A DNA stretch of 62,752 nt, counting the filler, from Stramenopiles sp. TOSAG23-2 (lineage: Eukaryota), in the NCBI GenBank assembly GCA_900128395.1. It is 31 parts of 31 records of this genome, joined end to end, with 100 filler letters (N's around TTAATTAATTAA, not from the genome) between each part and the next. Parts side by side here need not be neighbours in the genome. Positions count along the whole stretch, not along the records: positions 44,720 to 46,637 come from LT652207.1; positions 46,738 to 48,654 come from LT652208.1; positions 48,755 to 50,671 come from LT652209.1; positions 50,772 to 52,687 come from LT652210.1; positions 52,788 to 54,702 come from LT652211.1; positions 54,803 to 56,717 come from LT652212.1; positions 56,818 to 58,731 come from LT652213.1; 24 more parts are not named here. One strand, given 5' to 3'. This document shows positions 45,871-57,473 of this stretch, one piece after another (within the stretch, counting starts at the first letter, position 1; every line of letters begins with the position of its first letter). The notes beneath the pieces are model-generated. The model was not told the DNA's origin and did not search any database. It was given only the letters and a program-made list of their open reading frames with translations. The position numbers and the translations under genes are program-made.

Positions 45871-46922
45871 TATTTAGGTTGCTGGTTCCTACAAAAACCT
45901 AGATGGACTGTCCATATCACTTTCATCAAGTGTGTCATGCTGGATTCAGACCTACTTGTGCTTATATAGTCATTAGCTTTTGCGGCGGCGCATTAAGATT
46001 GAGTAATTGAGGATTAGTTAATTTGTCCAGAGAATAAAAATATATATATATAAATTATTTATATAACTTACGACGAAGCCGTAGATTTTAAACATCAAAT
46101 ATGTAATATGTGTTATGTGTTTACTTTATAAAAAAAGAAATATGGTAATTATTTTGTTGTTTTGTTGTATTTGTTGTTTTTATGATTTTTTTACCTGTAT
46201 GTAATTACCCTTCTTCGTTAAATATAATAAATAGACAAACGTCTCATAAATGTCTCTATATTAAAATGTCAAATATGACATGTGATATATTAGATATATA
46301 TATATCGTAAAAAAAAAAACAGCATGAAAAGAATCACGAATAAATATATATATATATATAATAATAATAATACACATACATCATATATATATTTCTCCCT
46401 CCCCCTTTCCGACTAATTTATCATACAAACATATTTTTATTTTTTATTTACAGTATAGTTAATTTTATAATTTTCGTTCAACATTATCAACAAATTATCA
46501 AGATTTGTTTATAATTATAATAATTTCATACTATATACAACACAACAACGAACAGGAACAACGAAAGCAACAACAAAGATGGCATCGATGACAACAAAAA
46601 CAAACAATACATTTCTATCCAATCCAATCCCATTTAANNNNNNNNNNNNNNNNNNNNNNNNNNNNNNNNNNNNNNNNNNNNTTAATTAATTAANNNNNNN
46701 NNNNNNNNNNNNNNNNNNNNNNNNNNNNNNNNNNNNNACCATAGCTGTTCGTGTATAAAAAAAAAAAAAAAGCTGGAAAGAATAATAATAATAATATAAA
46801 TACACTTTAACTTACTAATAAAAGACTGATACACGATTAATCAATGAAAGTATCTTAACAATAACAGATCTTCATGGTAAAAGCGCAATAACAAGAAGCA
46901 ATTGCCACACTTCATCATTACC

Positions 46923-48654
46923 ATGGAGATGAAGGAAGTTGAAGATACGGATACGGAAGTGTGTCCGTATACGTTACAAAAGAAAAAAGTAATAACACAA
47001 GAAGCATTTTTAAAACATGGAAGGCAATCGAGATCAAACTTAGCTCTTGACCTTACGTATCTAAATAATGAAAAGAAAGTTTCATTATCTCGCTCACCTA
47101 CAGTGACTGAACAAAAACGATCATCATCAAGGAAGAGGACATTGTCGCAGAATGATATGGAAAATGTCATGCGAAGACAAAGATCTGCTTTTGGGCAGAC
47201 AGTAAATAGAAGAAGAAGAAGCATGTCCTCTTCAACAAGTATGCTGAAGCCAAGGTCACCTGGTGTTAGTTTTTACAATCGAAAACATTTAACGATACAA
47301 AATAAAATCAAAGGATTATCCGTAAGTACGAAATTATACATGTGTCGCATTTTTTGCAATATTAGAAACAGAGTATTTAAACGATTGTTCGCGACGTTAA
47401 TTAAGTGGAAATATAGTGTTGGATTAAGTTTTCATCCAGACCGAAAGTTTGAAACGTCTACATATACTATATCACCTAAATCAAAGAGCAAGAAAAAAGG
47501 AAGACGAAGTAACACCACGAACCGTGTGGGAAATAAGAAAAGAAGTAGTTACAATAACAAAGCGAAACAAATAAAAGTTAAAAAGCAAAGGCCATTGATG
47601 ATTAATCGACCATATATAGAAAAAAAATTAAAATTAAGTTCACAGGCTTTGTATTATGAAAAAAATAGACAATATATCGTTAAAGTTTGGTACAAATGGC
47701 AAGCAGTTAGACAAGCAAAGAAAGCGGCAAAGGTATTATTGCAAGTAGCTATAAATACATACAATAGACGATGTAAAATGAGATGTACAAAACGATGGAA
47801 GAAATATACAAGAGTGCGAGTGGTTGCTAGAAATTTATTAAGTACAAATGTAAAAAATAGAAATGAACATATAGCAACTAAATATTTTACAGCATGGTCA
47901 AGAAAAAGTATAAAATTTAAATTTGAAAGGCAAACGTTAAATAGGCATGAGGGCATATATAGAAAGTTTGTCAATGTGATGTTGAAAAAAACTACATTTA
48001 AATGCTTTAATGATTGGAGAACTTATAGTTCAGGTAAAATTAAAGCGCGTACTGTTATGTTGAAAACGTTAAAGAGGATGGATAATGGCATTTTAGCGAT
48101 GGGTATGGATACGTGGATACATAATACGAAGGAAATAACGAAAGAGCGTATTTTTATGGATGAAATTAATTACTTGAAGAATCAAATGATAGAACAAGAA
48201 AATGAAAAGAAAAAAATATTATGTAATAGAGTATTTCAACGTATTGTTAATAGACAATTAATATGTGCATGGGAGGAATGGCGTGAGCATGTAAAAATAC
48301 AAAAATTATTACAACGTATTAGTGCTAGATTTCGTGCATCAGGTAAAGCAAGAACATTAAATACATGGATTGCATATGTAAAATATCGTCGATATGCACG
48401 TGACTTAGCAAATCGTGTATTCAAACGCTTGGATAATCGTGGTTTATCCGCTGGATGGACGCAATGGCAAACATTTGTACGATATGATCGATACATGGGA
48501 GAAATGAACAGGTTACAACAACAACATAATGATATGATGATGAAAATGAAAGATGAAGCAAATAGTGAATTAGATAAATTAAAACAACAAATTGCAGATC
48601 AAGAAAATGAAAAGAAAAAAATATTATGTAATAGAGTATTTCAACGTATTTTTC
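46923..48654 (+). CDS. SFI1-like repeat protein (putative centrin-binding; 3' partial)
   Basis: Periodic F/WxxW basic helices: KVWYKW, YFTAW, CFNDW, AWEEW, LNTW, GWTQW. Confidence 0.65.
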
Positions 48655-49542
48655 NNNNNNNNNNNNNNNNNNNNNNNNNNNNNNNNNNNNNNNNNNNNTT
48701 AATTAATTAANNNNNNNNNNNNNNNNNNNNNNNNNNNNNNNNNNNNNNNNNNNNACAAATATATGAAAAATAAAATTGGCATTTTAGAAAACGATATTTA
48801 CATATTTCCTATATAGTGAATAGTGTTATTTGTTAAGTGCACATTTTTCTCACGGTTTGCACAGTTTTGACACGGTTTATATAGCACTGCGAATGTCAAT
48901 ACTGTGTAGTACTTGTGTATTAGTCAGCTTTACCATAGACACAGCAACGGCGAAGAGCCCTTTTTGGATTTCGTTCTACTCCGAGTGCTATGAACCTGCT
49001 AATATAAATAGCATTCACACAGCAGGGGATACAAGCATCAATTTGTTTGTTTTTGTAAGAGTGGTATGAACCTGCTAATTTTTAATGGCTCTCCTCCACC
49101 AATCCTTCACCAAATCCTCTGCTCGAATTCCCCTATCAAACACAATATACATACTTATTAGAATACTGTCCAAATGACATTTTTCGTTCGCTTCATTTCC
49201 AATTTGGTTTGCATCTTGTTTTCTATAATATAACACTACACACTATTGAATAATAGATATCAATATATATATATATATGTTTCCGTAACAGAGAAAAGGA
49301 AGAAGAGGTAGTAATAGTAGATATACATAGATATATAAACAATCGATATTATTGCATCTTGTTTTCTATAATATAACACTACACACTATTGAATAATAGA
49401 TATCAATATATATATATATATGTTTCCGTAACAGAGAAAAGGAAGAAGAGGTAGTAATAGTAGATATACATAGATATATAAACAATCGATATTATTTATC
49501 AAACAATATATTATTTTATTCTATTAGTAAAAACAAACAAAC

Positions 49543-50121
49543 ATGAAACAAATTTTATCCTCCCGTTTCATTGATATCCCAAAAGGTGTCACTGTTGTTG
49601 TTAAAGCACGTGTTGTAACTGTTAAAGGACCACGTGGCGAATTAACCAAAGACTTTAAAAAAAGACAAATGTCCATGGTTAAGTTAAACGATAAAAGAAT
49701 CCGTGTTGATGTTTGGGGTGGTAGCAGAAAAGAACTTGCTTGTCTTAGAACCGTTACCGCACACATTGAGAACATGATCAAAGGTTTGACCAAAGGTTTC
49801 AAATACAAAATGAGATTTGTATATGCGCATTTCCCTATCAATGGCACTATTGTTGGTGGTGGTGATTCCACTACTTTTGAAATCCGTAATTTCTTAGGTG
49901 AAAAACGTGTGCGAGTAGTTAAAGCACGCCCAGGTGTTACAATGCTTAAATCCACCGATGTTAAAGACGAAATCCAAGTTTCAGGAAGTGATTTGAATGC
50001 TGTTAGTTTGACTTGCTCTGACATTTCCAGTGTTACCAAAGTAAGAAAGAAGGATATTCGTAAATTCCTTGATGGTATTTACGTGAGTGAAAAAGGATTT
50101 ATTGAAGAAGAGGATGTATAA
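49543..50121 (+). CDS. RPL9: 60S ribosomal protein L9 (uL6)
   Basis: VKGPRGEL, YKMRFVYAHFPIN, EIRNFLGEK, KDIRKFLDGIYVSEKG. Confidence 0.97.
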   Translation: MKQILSSRFIDIPKGVTVVVKARVVTVKGPRGELTKDFKKRQMSMVKLNDKRIRVDVWGGSRKELACLRTVTAHIENMIKGLTKGFKYKMRFVYAHFPINGTIVGGGDSTTFEIRNFLGEKRVRVVKARPGVTMLKSTDVKDEIQVSGSDLNAVSLTCSDISSVTKVRKKDIRKFLDGIYVSEKGFIEEEDV

Positions 50122-50771
50122 ATAAAAAGTTTTTATTTAAAAAAAAGAGGAACACATAAGTTATAGTTTTTTTCACATTATATCACGCATACACCTTATA
50201 TTATACGTATTTTTATACATCATATATATTTATGACATATGTTTAATTTCTATCTCATCAAATATGGTTGTGACAGCAGCAAAAATGTACGTATAATTTA
50301 TATACTCGTATCATATAATTTATTCGCTTCTGTCTTTTGACATCATCATCAGGCGGCATTAAAACAAATATAACGATACATACTTGAGATTTTTTAAAAA
50401 AAGAATTATTAAAATATTCTCTCTCTCTCTATAGATCATCTATCACTCATCGGTACATACATTTTATTACAAGATTCGTATGAAACCAAAAAGGTGTAAT
50501 ACATTTTATATATAGAACACTCTCAGCAGAGAATTAATGACACAAAATGTACACGACATGTGTGCATTAAATTAAAATCATACACACACACACACCGCTA
50601 TTGTACAAAAACCGTCCCATGTAGAATTATTATAAATATGTACCACACACTCTATCGAATCAGAATCATCTNNNNNNNNNNNNNNNNNNNNNNNNNNNNN
50701 NNNNNNNNNNNNNNNTTAATTAATTAANNNNNNNNNNNNNNNNNNNNNNNNNNNNNNNNNNNNNNNNNNNN

Positions 50772-50981
50772 ATTTTGCCAAATTTTTCTTTGCCAATATT
50801 GGAAACAGAAATTTATTTTCCATGTAGTCAAGGGAGATTATTAAATATCGAATTTCAATCAAAATATGTTTCTGCTTCTGTGGTTTCCTTTAATAATATT
50901 TCGATAAATTATGTATTAAAAGAAGAAAGTAATGATTATAATTTTGAAGTTGTAGTGGAAGGGATTGTTCGTTGTGAGTGA
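50772..50981 (+). CDS. C-terminal fragment of an unknown protein
   Basis: Open from the scaffold start to a stop, convergent with the next gene. Confidence 0.4.
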   Translation: MLPNFSLPILETEIYFPCSQGRLLNIEFQSKYVSASVVSFNNISINYVLKEESNDYNFEVVVEGIVRCE

Positions 50982-51050
50982 GAGAGATAGAGATAGAGAG
51001 AGGGGGTTGTTTAAATTGAATTTTTATATACAATGTTTCTAATTTATTTT

Positions 51051-51938
51051 TTACAACGATTTTAAATGTACCGCCACTTCTACCCGATACCATAACTCAG
51101 TCCCCTTTTTGTATAACGTCCCCAAAGCATTTGCAACACGGTGCAGGGCAAAGTCAACTACAGTGCCAATGTCGTTATCAATAACTTCAGTCATTAAAAT
51201 AGATCCATCATGTATCAGTGCATAATCCAACAAAAACAACAGTAATTGGAACCCATTTTTATCTTTGCAGTTGTCAACGGCTACATGCAACATATTTAGT
51301 TGAGTATCACGATGAAATAAAAGGGTTGGATTACCGTTTATTTCTTCGTCAACTTTCAGCAAATATTTAACTAAATGTTGTTTACCGAAATAAATAGCGG
51401 TGAAAAAGCTACAGAAACATCGCTGTGTTTTTGTATTTGTTCCAGGTAAAGTCAAACACCGGAAAAACTGTTCAGTTCCGCTAGTGTACTTCACAAATTT
51501 ACGCATAAATGTCATGTCTCCTCTTTCACATGCAACGCATATATGCGTGAATCCTTTGCATTGTCGATTATACTCTAAAAACAGATTGTTTGCGCTATGA
51601 TATTTCATCTTTCCTAATAACTTTTTCTTATATGTATTTACCGTGTTGCCCCCTTGCATGATGATAAACTGTTTTATAAAACAAGATAATGATAAACTAT
51701 GCATGTTTGACGCCATGAGGTACTCGAATACAATTTTCTCCACTAGATTTTCTGGCAAAACAATAAGAATATGATACGAAGGATACCGTGATTCAATCGT
51801 TTGTTGTTTTTCTAAATAGTTACGATTTAGTGTGAAACTTTTTGAATACGGTTTCTGCTTTAAATCCAAGGTTGTAGTTGTTGTTGTTGTCGTCATTGTT
51901 GTTGTTGTTGCATCATTATCAGTAACTAACGATGCCAT
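51051..51938 (-). CDS. Divergent ankyrin-repeat protein
   Basis: ICVACERGD, FFTAIYFGKQHLVKYLL, NMLHVAV, GTVVDFA. Confidence 0.65.
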   Translation of the reverse strand: MASLVTDNDATTTTMTTTTTTTTLDLKQKPYSKSFTLNRNYLEKQQTIESRYPSYHILIVLPENLVEKIVFEYLMASNMHSLSLSCFIKQFIIMQGGNTVNTYKKKLLGKMKYHSANNLFLEYNRQCKGFTHICVACERGDMTFMRKFVKYTSGTEQFFRCLTLPGTNTKTQRCFCSFFTAIYFGKQHLVKYLLKVDEEINGNPTLLFHRDTQLNMLHVAVDNCKDKNGFQLLLFLLDYALIHDGSILMTEVIDNDIGTVVDFALHRVANALGTLYKKGTELWYRVEVAVHLKSL

Positions 51939-52892
51939 TGTTTCAATTTATTATATATATCTTTATCTTTATCTCTGTCTCTTCTTTCTATCTATCTATC
52001 TATCTGATCTATATATATTTATTTTGTAAAGTGTACATGTACACGGATTTAGATTATAATAGATGAAGGTATAGTACATACCACCTGGTAGTTTTTTTAG
52101 TTTTTTAGTTTTATGTAAAGTTAAAGTATAATATTAGTATACATCAATACAGGAGTTTTGATAGGCGGTAATATAATTATCATTTTGCCGGGCGGATTTT
52201 TGAAGGAAGAAAATCATCTTAATCTCTCGTCCTGATGATAAGTGGTGCATGATGACGACGATGTATTTATTAAATAATTATTTTTTTAGGATCTTATAGA
52301 CTAATTGTAATTTGTATATTTTGTAATTGAATGAATGAACGAGTAGCAAAGAAGAAATCATACAAAATATTATTAGAATTATCATTTTATTTTTTATGGT
52401 AGAATAATAAACAATATAATTATTGAAACAAGATTATCACAAGGAATATGGCAAGGCAATTAAAAGGAAAGGCACGAAAACAAACAAAAGAAGAAAAACG
52501 ATTGTCAGCAGCAAAACGTTTAAAAGCAAAAGAAAATTGCATAAAAGTTTATTTGCCAATCATTGTAATCACTTTATTATTGCTCATTGCATTATTATTT
52601 TATTACTATTAATTAAGTCAAAAGAATAATGGCGTTGCACATGTTCTTATCAATTTACGTAATTACATTCGTAATAATAGCAATAATNNNNNNNNNNNNN
52701 NNNNNNNNNNNNNNNNNNNNNNNNNNNNNNNTTAATTAATTAANNNNNNNNNNNNNNNNNNNNNNNNNNNNNNNNNNNNNNNNNNNNTGTTGATTTAGTT
52801 ATTATTTATATAGATTATAGGATATGATAGAATTAATTTATTAATTAAAATATTTATATTTATTATTATTATATTATCATCATAAAAATGTA

Positions 52893-52908
52893 TACCTGGT
52901 ACCTGGTA
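52893..52908. promoter_or_regulatory. Tandem copies of the recurrent palindromic TACCWGGTA intergenic motif
   Basis: Same motif in non-coding DNA of many scaffolds; function is inferred only. Confidence 0.5.
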
Positions 52909-53491
52909 TACTGGTATACCAATATAATGAATACAAGTACTGCCGGACTGGTGTGGTACCTGCCTAGGTATAAATAATACTGTCCTACCATAGAAATAGT
53001 ACTGTAAATTAAAACGGACCTATTAATATTATATTATTTATTATAAGCTCTTATTTTTTCATTTTGTCTTGTTGCACTCCAGGCACTGTTGTCCAGTTGT
53101 CTGTTCTCTTCTTGTTTTTTTAATTAAAAAGCTAAAAAAATGCACGTTATAATAAGTGCAGCAAGCAAGGCAAGTGCACAAGCAATTATTAGTACTCTTG
53201 TCCTCTTGCTATTTATATTACTAGACTACCAAGGTTAAGGTATTAATAGCTAGTTTACTATATATTATAACTATATATAATAATACTGTGAACTATATAT
53301 ATATAGTACGACTAAAAAATAATAAATACTCTGTCACATAAGTAGTTACTTTTAATTATATTTTATAATTACAAGGAAACGGTAAAAGAAAGATCGATTG
53401 TATCTTTAAAATTTCACGTATTAATTTGGCAAGCTTTGCTCTCTATTTTTTGTTGGTTTCTCAATGCCTTGAGGTATATTAATTTTAAAAC

Positions 53492-54178
53492 ATGGGTGGC
53501 GTTACGTCAAATTTAAAAAAAGCTTTAGCCAACGTAGATCCTCTTATAGGAACTAAGACCAGAGAAGAAAAATTAGCTGTGGTATTCAACTATGTAGATA
53601 AAAAAAAAGATGGAGTGGTTGATATGTCAGAGTTGAGTTTGATGGCTGAAAAATTAGACAAGCGAGGCGTAGAGGAAGTGCGGCAAGAATTTATAAAATT
53701 AGATCAAGACCAAGATGGTGTAATTACACTAGACGAATTTACAGACTATTATTTGGAACAGCTTGGTGCATATGAAGATCAGGAGTTTCAATTTTGGTGT
53801 CACGCTATTTTACATTTAAAGCACTATGGAATGTCGCAACTGTATAAACATAATTTAATTAATGAAAAAGGCGAGGATTTAAATCTAGTAAAAATTGCAA
53901 CAAAGAAAGAGAAGGAAGAAAAGAGGGCCTTAAAGATAGCTGCTGAAATGAATGTAGATCCAGTTAGTTTAAGAAAGGCAAAAAGTCGGAAAATGGAACT
54001 TAAACGTATTAAAATGATAGTGGAGGGGACTGGCTCGTTGTGTGATTATAGTGATGGTGAAGCAAAGGGGGCACACGGAAAGTTAAAAAAATTAAAAGCT
54101 GCTGCTAAAATGATAGGTCACTTTAGCGCACACTTGACAGATGAACGAGCGAGTGCAAAACAATCCCAAGGTTTTTGA
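53492..54178 (+). CDS. EF-hand calcium-binding protein, possible N-myristoylation
   Basis: Loops DKKKDGVVDMSE and DQDQDGVITLDE; N-terminus MGGVTS. Confidence 0.85.
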   Translation: MGGVTSNLKKALANVDPLIGTKTREEKLAVVFNYVDKKKDGVVDMSELSLMAEKLDKRGVEEVRQEFIKLDQDQDGVITLDEFTDYYLEQLGAYEDQEFQFWCHAILHLKHYGMSQLYKHNLINEKGEDLNLVKIATKKEKEEKRALKIAAEMNVDPVSLRKAKSRKMELKRIKMIVEGTGSLCDYSDGEAKGAHGKLKKLKAAAKMIGHFSAHLTDERASAKQSQGF

Positions 54179-54802
54179 TGAAAACCTGTATTAATAATAC
54201 AATTTGTATGTTGTTTGTGTATTATTAGAATTATATTATTTAAAAAAAAATTTATTATAATAAATAATAAAATTGTAGCGTGTAGTATGTGGATATACAT
54301 TATTAAGGTATTATAACTATACCTGGTATATAGGTAGTCGGAACAAAAGTAACAAAAAAAAAAGAAACGCAAAAAGAAAATATATACTGTAGCACTGTAG
54401 CTAGCCAGCTAGCTGAGCTAGCTGGCCAGGCTACGAAGCCTCGTACTACATAAAAATACAGACCGGGTATGATATTATAAAAAGGAACGGAAGTCTGTTT
54501 AGTGTTGTATTCCATGCTAAAAGAACATGTGCGGTAAAGCCTTTATTGGATTTTTCATCTATGCTATAATACCTGGATTGTCACAGCAGTATGATAATAT
54601 GACACTACCAGACTTGCTTTTTTGCTTATTGAAAACTTTATTAATTTAAACCATTTTTTCCGATTAGATCACATCTACGAAATATTAAAATAATAGCAAA
54701 AGNNNNNNNNNNNNNNNNNNNNNNNNNNNNNNNNNNNNNNNNNNNNTTAATTAATTAANNNNNNNNNNNNNNNNNNNNNNNNNNNNNNNNNNNNNNNNNN
54801 NN

Positions 54803-55090
54803 GAACCAAGTGTAACATCATTTATAATACAGACTATATATATTGGATTGTATGGCATATCATCAATATTGCAAGTGTTTCAAGCTCAAGTAGATGGTTC
54901 ATTGAGTACATCTGCGCAATGGATTCTTTTAGCAGGATCTTTTGCTGGCATAATATTTTTTATCATGACAAAAAATTTTATGTTACTTTTACCACCATTA
55001 ATGAATATACTGTATTGTTTTTTATTACTTTGGGGAATATATTGTAATGAGAATGAAAATATTCAATGTTTGTTGCCTAATTTTTTTTAA
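54803..55090 (+). CDS. Small 3-TM membrane protein, PQ-loop/SemiSWEET-like (5' end at scaffold junction)
   Basis: Open frame EPSVTSFIIQTIYIGLYGISSILQV..SLS..; three hydrophobic helices; canonical PQ not conserved. Confidence 0.4.
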   Translation, partial: EPSVTSFIIQTIYIGLYGISSILQVFQAQVDGSLSTSAQWILLAGSFAGIIFFIMTKNFMLLLPPLMNILYCFLLLWGIYCNENENIQCLLPNFF

Positions 55091-55454
55091 CCTAATAAAA
55101 GTGGAAATTTTTATTTATTTTATTTTTTTGACGAAACAGAATTCAAAAGAGATAAAATGGAATATTTATGACATTGTATTTTTTATTATATGATATATTC
55201 ATCTAAAAGTTTATTTTAAAAAGTGGAAATTTATTACTTTTATATCTGAAAATATATTTTATTCTATGTAAAGATTATGACATATTTAGTACGAATGAGT
55301 ATGCTAAGTATAATATTTGTTAAACAAACGTCATTTTCCTATATGTGCAAAATAATCGGTAAAAAAATAGCAGGTAAATATGCCCAAAATAAAATGCCAC
55401 ACCAAGTGTAATTTTTGATAACACTGTGTACATGCTAAAATAAAAATCAATCAA

Positions 55455-55566
55455 AAAACTCGACTGGAAACCCCATTTCCAAGGTCTGTAAAAAAAAGTT
55501 TGAAAAAAAAAAATAGACTTGTGCCAAAACACGACTGGAAACCCCATTCCCAGTCGTGTTTTGAAG

Positions 55567-55600
<34 letters not shown>

Positions 55601-55841
55601 ATGTTTACAGTCGTATTTTTCATCCTTAAATATTATTTAGGCTTACACATCATCTTTTAATTATTACACTTGGTGTGGCATTCGGTTTTTTCATTTTTTT
55701 AGCATAATCATACCATGAAAAATCCAGAATCAAGTTTTAGATACTATTTTTATGCTAATATAATTTTAAGTATTTTTTGATGGATTTTCACCAATTTTCA
55801 AGCAAAACTCGACTGGAAACCCCATTCCCAGTCGAGTTTTG
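55455..55841. repeat. Stem-loop repeat family: full 39-nt copies at 55525-55563 and 55803-55841, partial copy at 55455-55480
   Basis: caaaac(a/t)cgactgg-aaaccccattc-ccagtcg(t/a)gttttg. Confidence 0.93.
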
Positions 55842-55962
55842 TTCTACTCTGATTTATTTAGTAAGACATTATCATTGACAGCAATTAAAAAAAGTGTGAC
55901 ATTTAAAGAAAAAAATAAGCATAAAATGTCATACTCTTTTCCTTCTTTATTTACTTTTTTAA

Positions 55963-56187
55963 ATTATCCTTAAGAGGATCAAAGATTTGTATGAATATGC
56001 TGAGAAAAAATTAAACAGTTCTGAAAAAAAAGAAATAGATAGGCTGAAACTACATTTGCAAGATTCATTAAAAGGATTACAATCTTTACAAAAGACATAT
56101 GAAGACGATGTCACATTGAAAGCAAGAATAGATTGTCTCATAGACTATGTAAACACTCTTTTAGAAACAGAGAGTATTAATAAATAA
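55963..56187 (+). pseudogene. Start-less helical gene fragment resembling an NCLDV-type hypothetical family
   Basis: LKGLQSLQKTYEDDVTLKARIDCLID; in-frame TAA at 55960; no ATG. Confidence 0.4.
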
Positions 56188-56460
56188 AAAAACCAAAATA
56201 TTAAATAAAAAATATTATATAATTTTTTTTTGTCTGATTGTACATCGCATTTGTTAATTATTTACTTTAATTTGAACATAACTTGAAAAAAAAAGCTATA
56301 TATAAATACATTCGATATAAAAAAACCAAAATATTAAATAAAAAATATTATATAATTTTTTTTTGTCTGATTGTACATCGCATTTGTTAATTATTTACTT
56401 TAATTTGAACATAACTTGAAAAAAAAAGCTATATATAAATACATTCGATTATATTTAAAA

Positions 56461-56717
56461 ATGAAATCGATCTATTTATTATTAACTACACTTTCTATTG
56501 TATCAGCAAATTATTGCAGCGACAACGTTGACTCCAGTGGAGTATTGACATGGAGTGGAACCTCTATACCACCAAATGCATTCAAAAACTGCATCGTTAT
56601 AAAAAAAGCAGTATTAACCGGTGTTACCAGTGTGGGTAAGTCTGCATTTGAAAGCGCAGGTGGAACCAAGTGTAACATCATTTATAATACAGACTATATA
56701 TATTGGATTGTATGGCA
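56461..56717 (+). CDS. BspA-type (LRR_5) surface protein N-terminus, truncated or chimeric
   Basis: Signal peptide, then TSIPPNAFKNC and VTSVGKSAF. Confidence 0.65.
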
Positions 56718-57473
56718 NNNNNNNNNNNNNNNNNNNNNNNNNNNNNNNNNNNNNNNNNNNNTTAATTAATTAANNNNNNNNNNNNNNNNNNNNNNNNNNN
56801 NNNNNNNNNNNNNNNNNTCATTGGAACATTTAATTAATTGGAGGATGAAAGAGTTGACAAAAAAGTAATCTAATATACTAGAGACATATTTCGTGTATGA
56901 TAGTACATTTATAATTTCAATTTAAATAATTAGTACTTCGTATAATAATGATGGTTAAAGTCTACTACCACATCATTATTTTTTTTACTAGCGCGCTTTA
57001 TTTTTTTTGTAGCTATACCAGGTAGTAATACGTATATTAATAACTACATGTAGTTGTCTAAGTTAATATTATAATTATAGATCTCCCAGCTAAGGCCAGG
57101 TCCAAATCTACGTTTTCCCAGGAGGAAGACTATATCTACCTGGTCCATCCCAAATTGAGCACCGACCCATCATAATAATAATAATATTATATATAAAAAA
57201 TATAAAAAAAAATATAAAATAATAATACACATCACCGTATACATATGGCCACCTCATTTATATGTAATATTATATATTATATATATTTATACACACACAT
57301 AATACACATTTTATTACGAAGTAATATATATGTAACTCTAAACTTATAACATAGTATAATATTTATTATTCATTGACAAAGGAAAATTATTATGGAACCT
57401 GGTGAATAATATATATGTAACTCTAAACTTATAACATAGTATAATATTTATTATTCATTGACAAAGGAAAATT

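Noticed and set aside
49210-49495. Exact ~140-bp tandem duplication upstream of RPL9 (similar cases at 56186-56448, 57322-57488, 14303-14464)
   Set aside because: Near-perfect identity and recurrence across scaffolds point to assembly artefacts
56636-56659. 24-nt GTAAGT..CAG mini-intron that might join the BspA and membrane ORFs
   Set aside because: Length is a multiple of three so the frame is not fixed, and the segment encodes part of the BspA repeat
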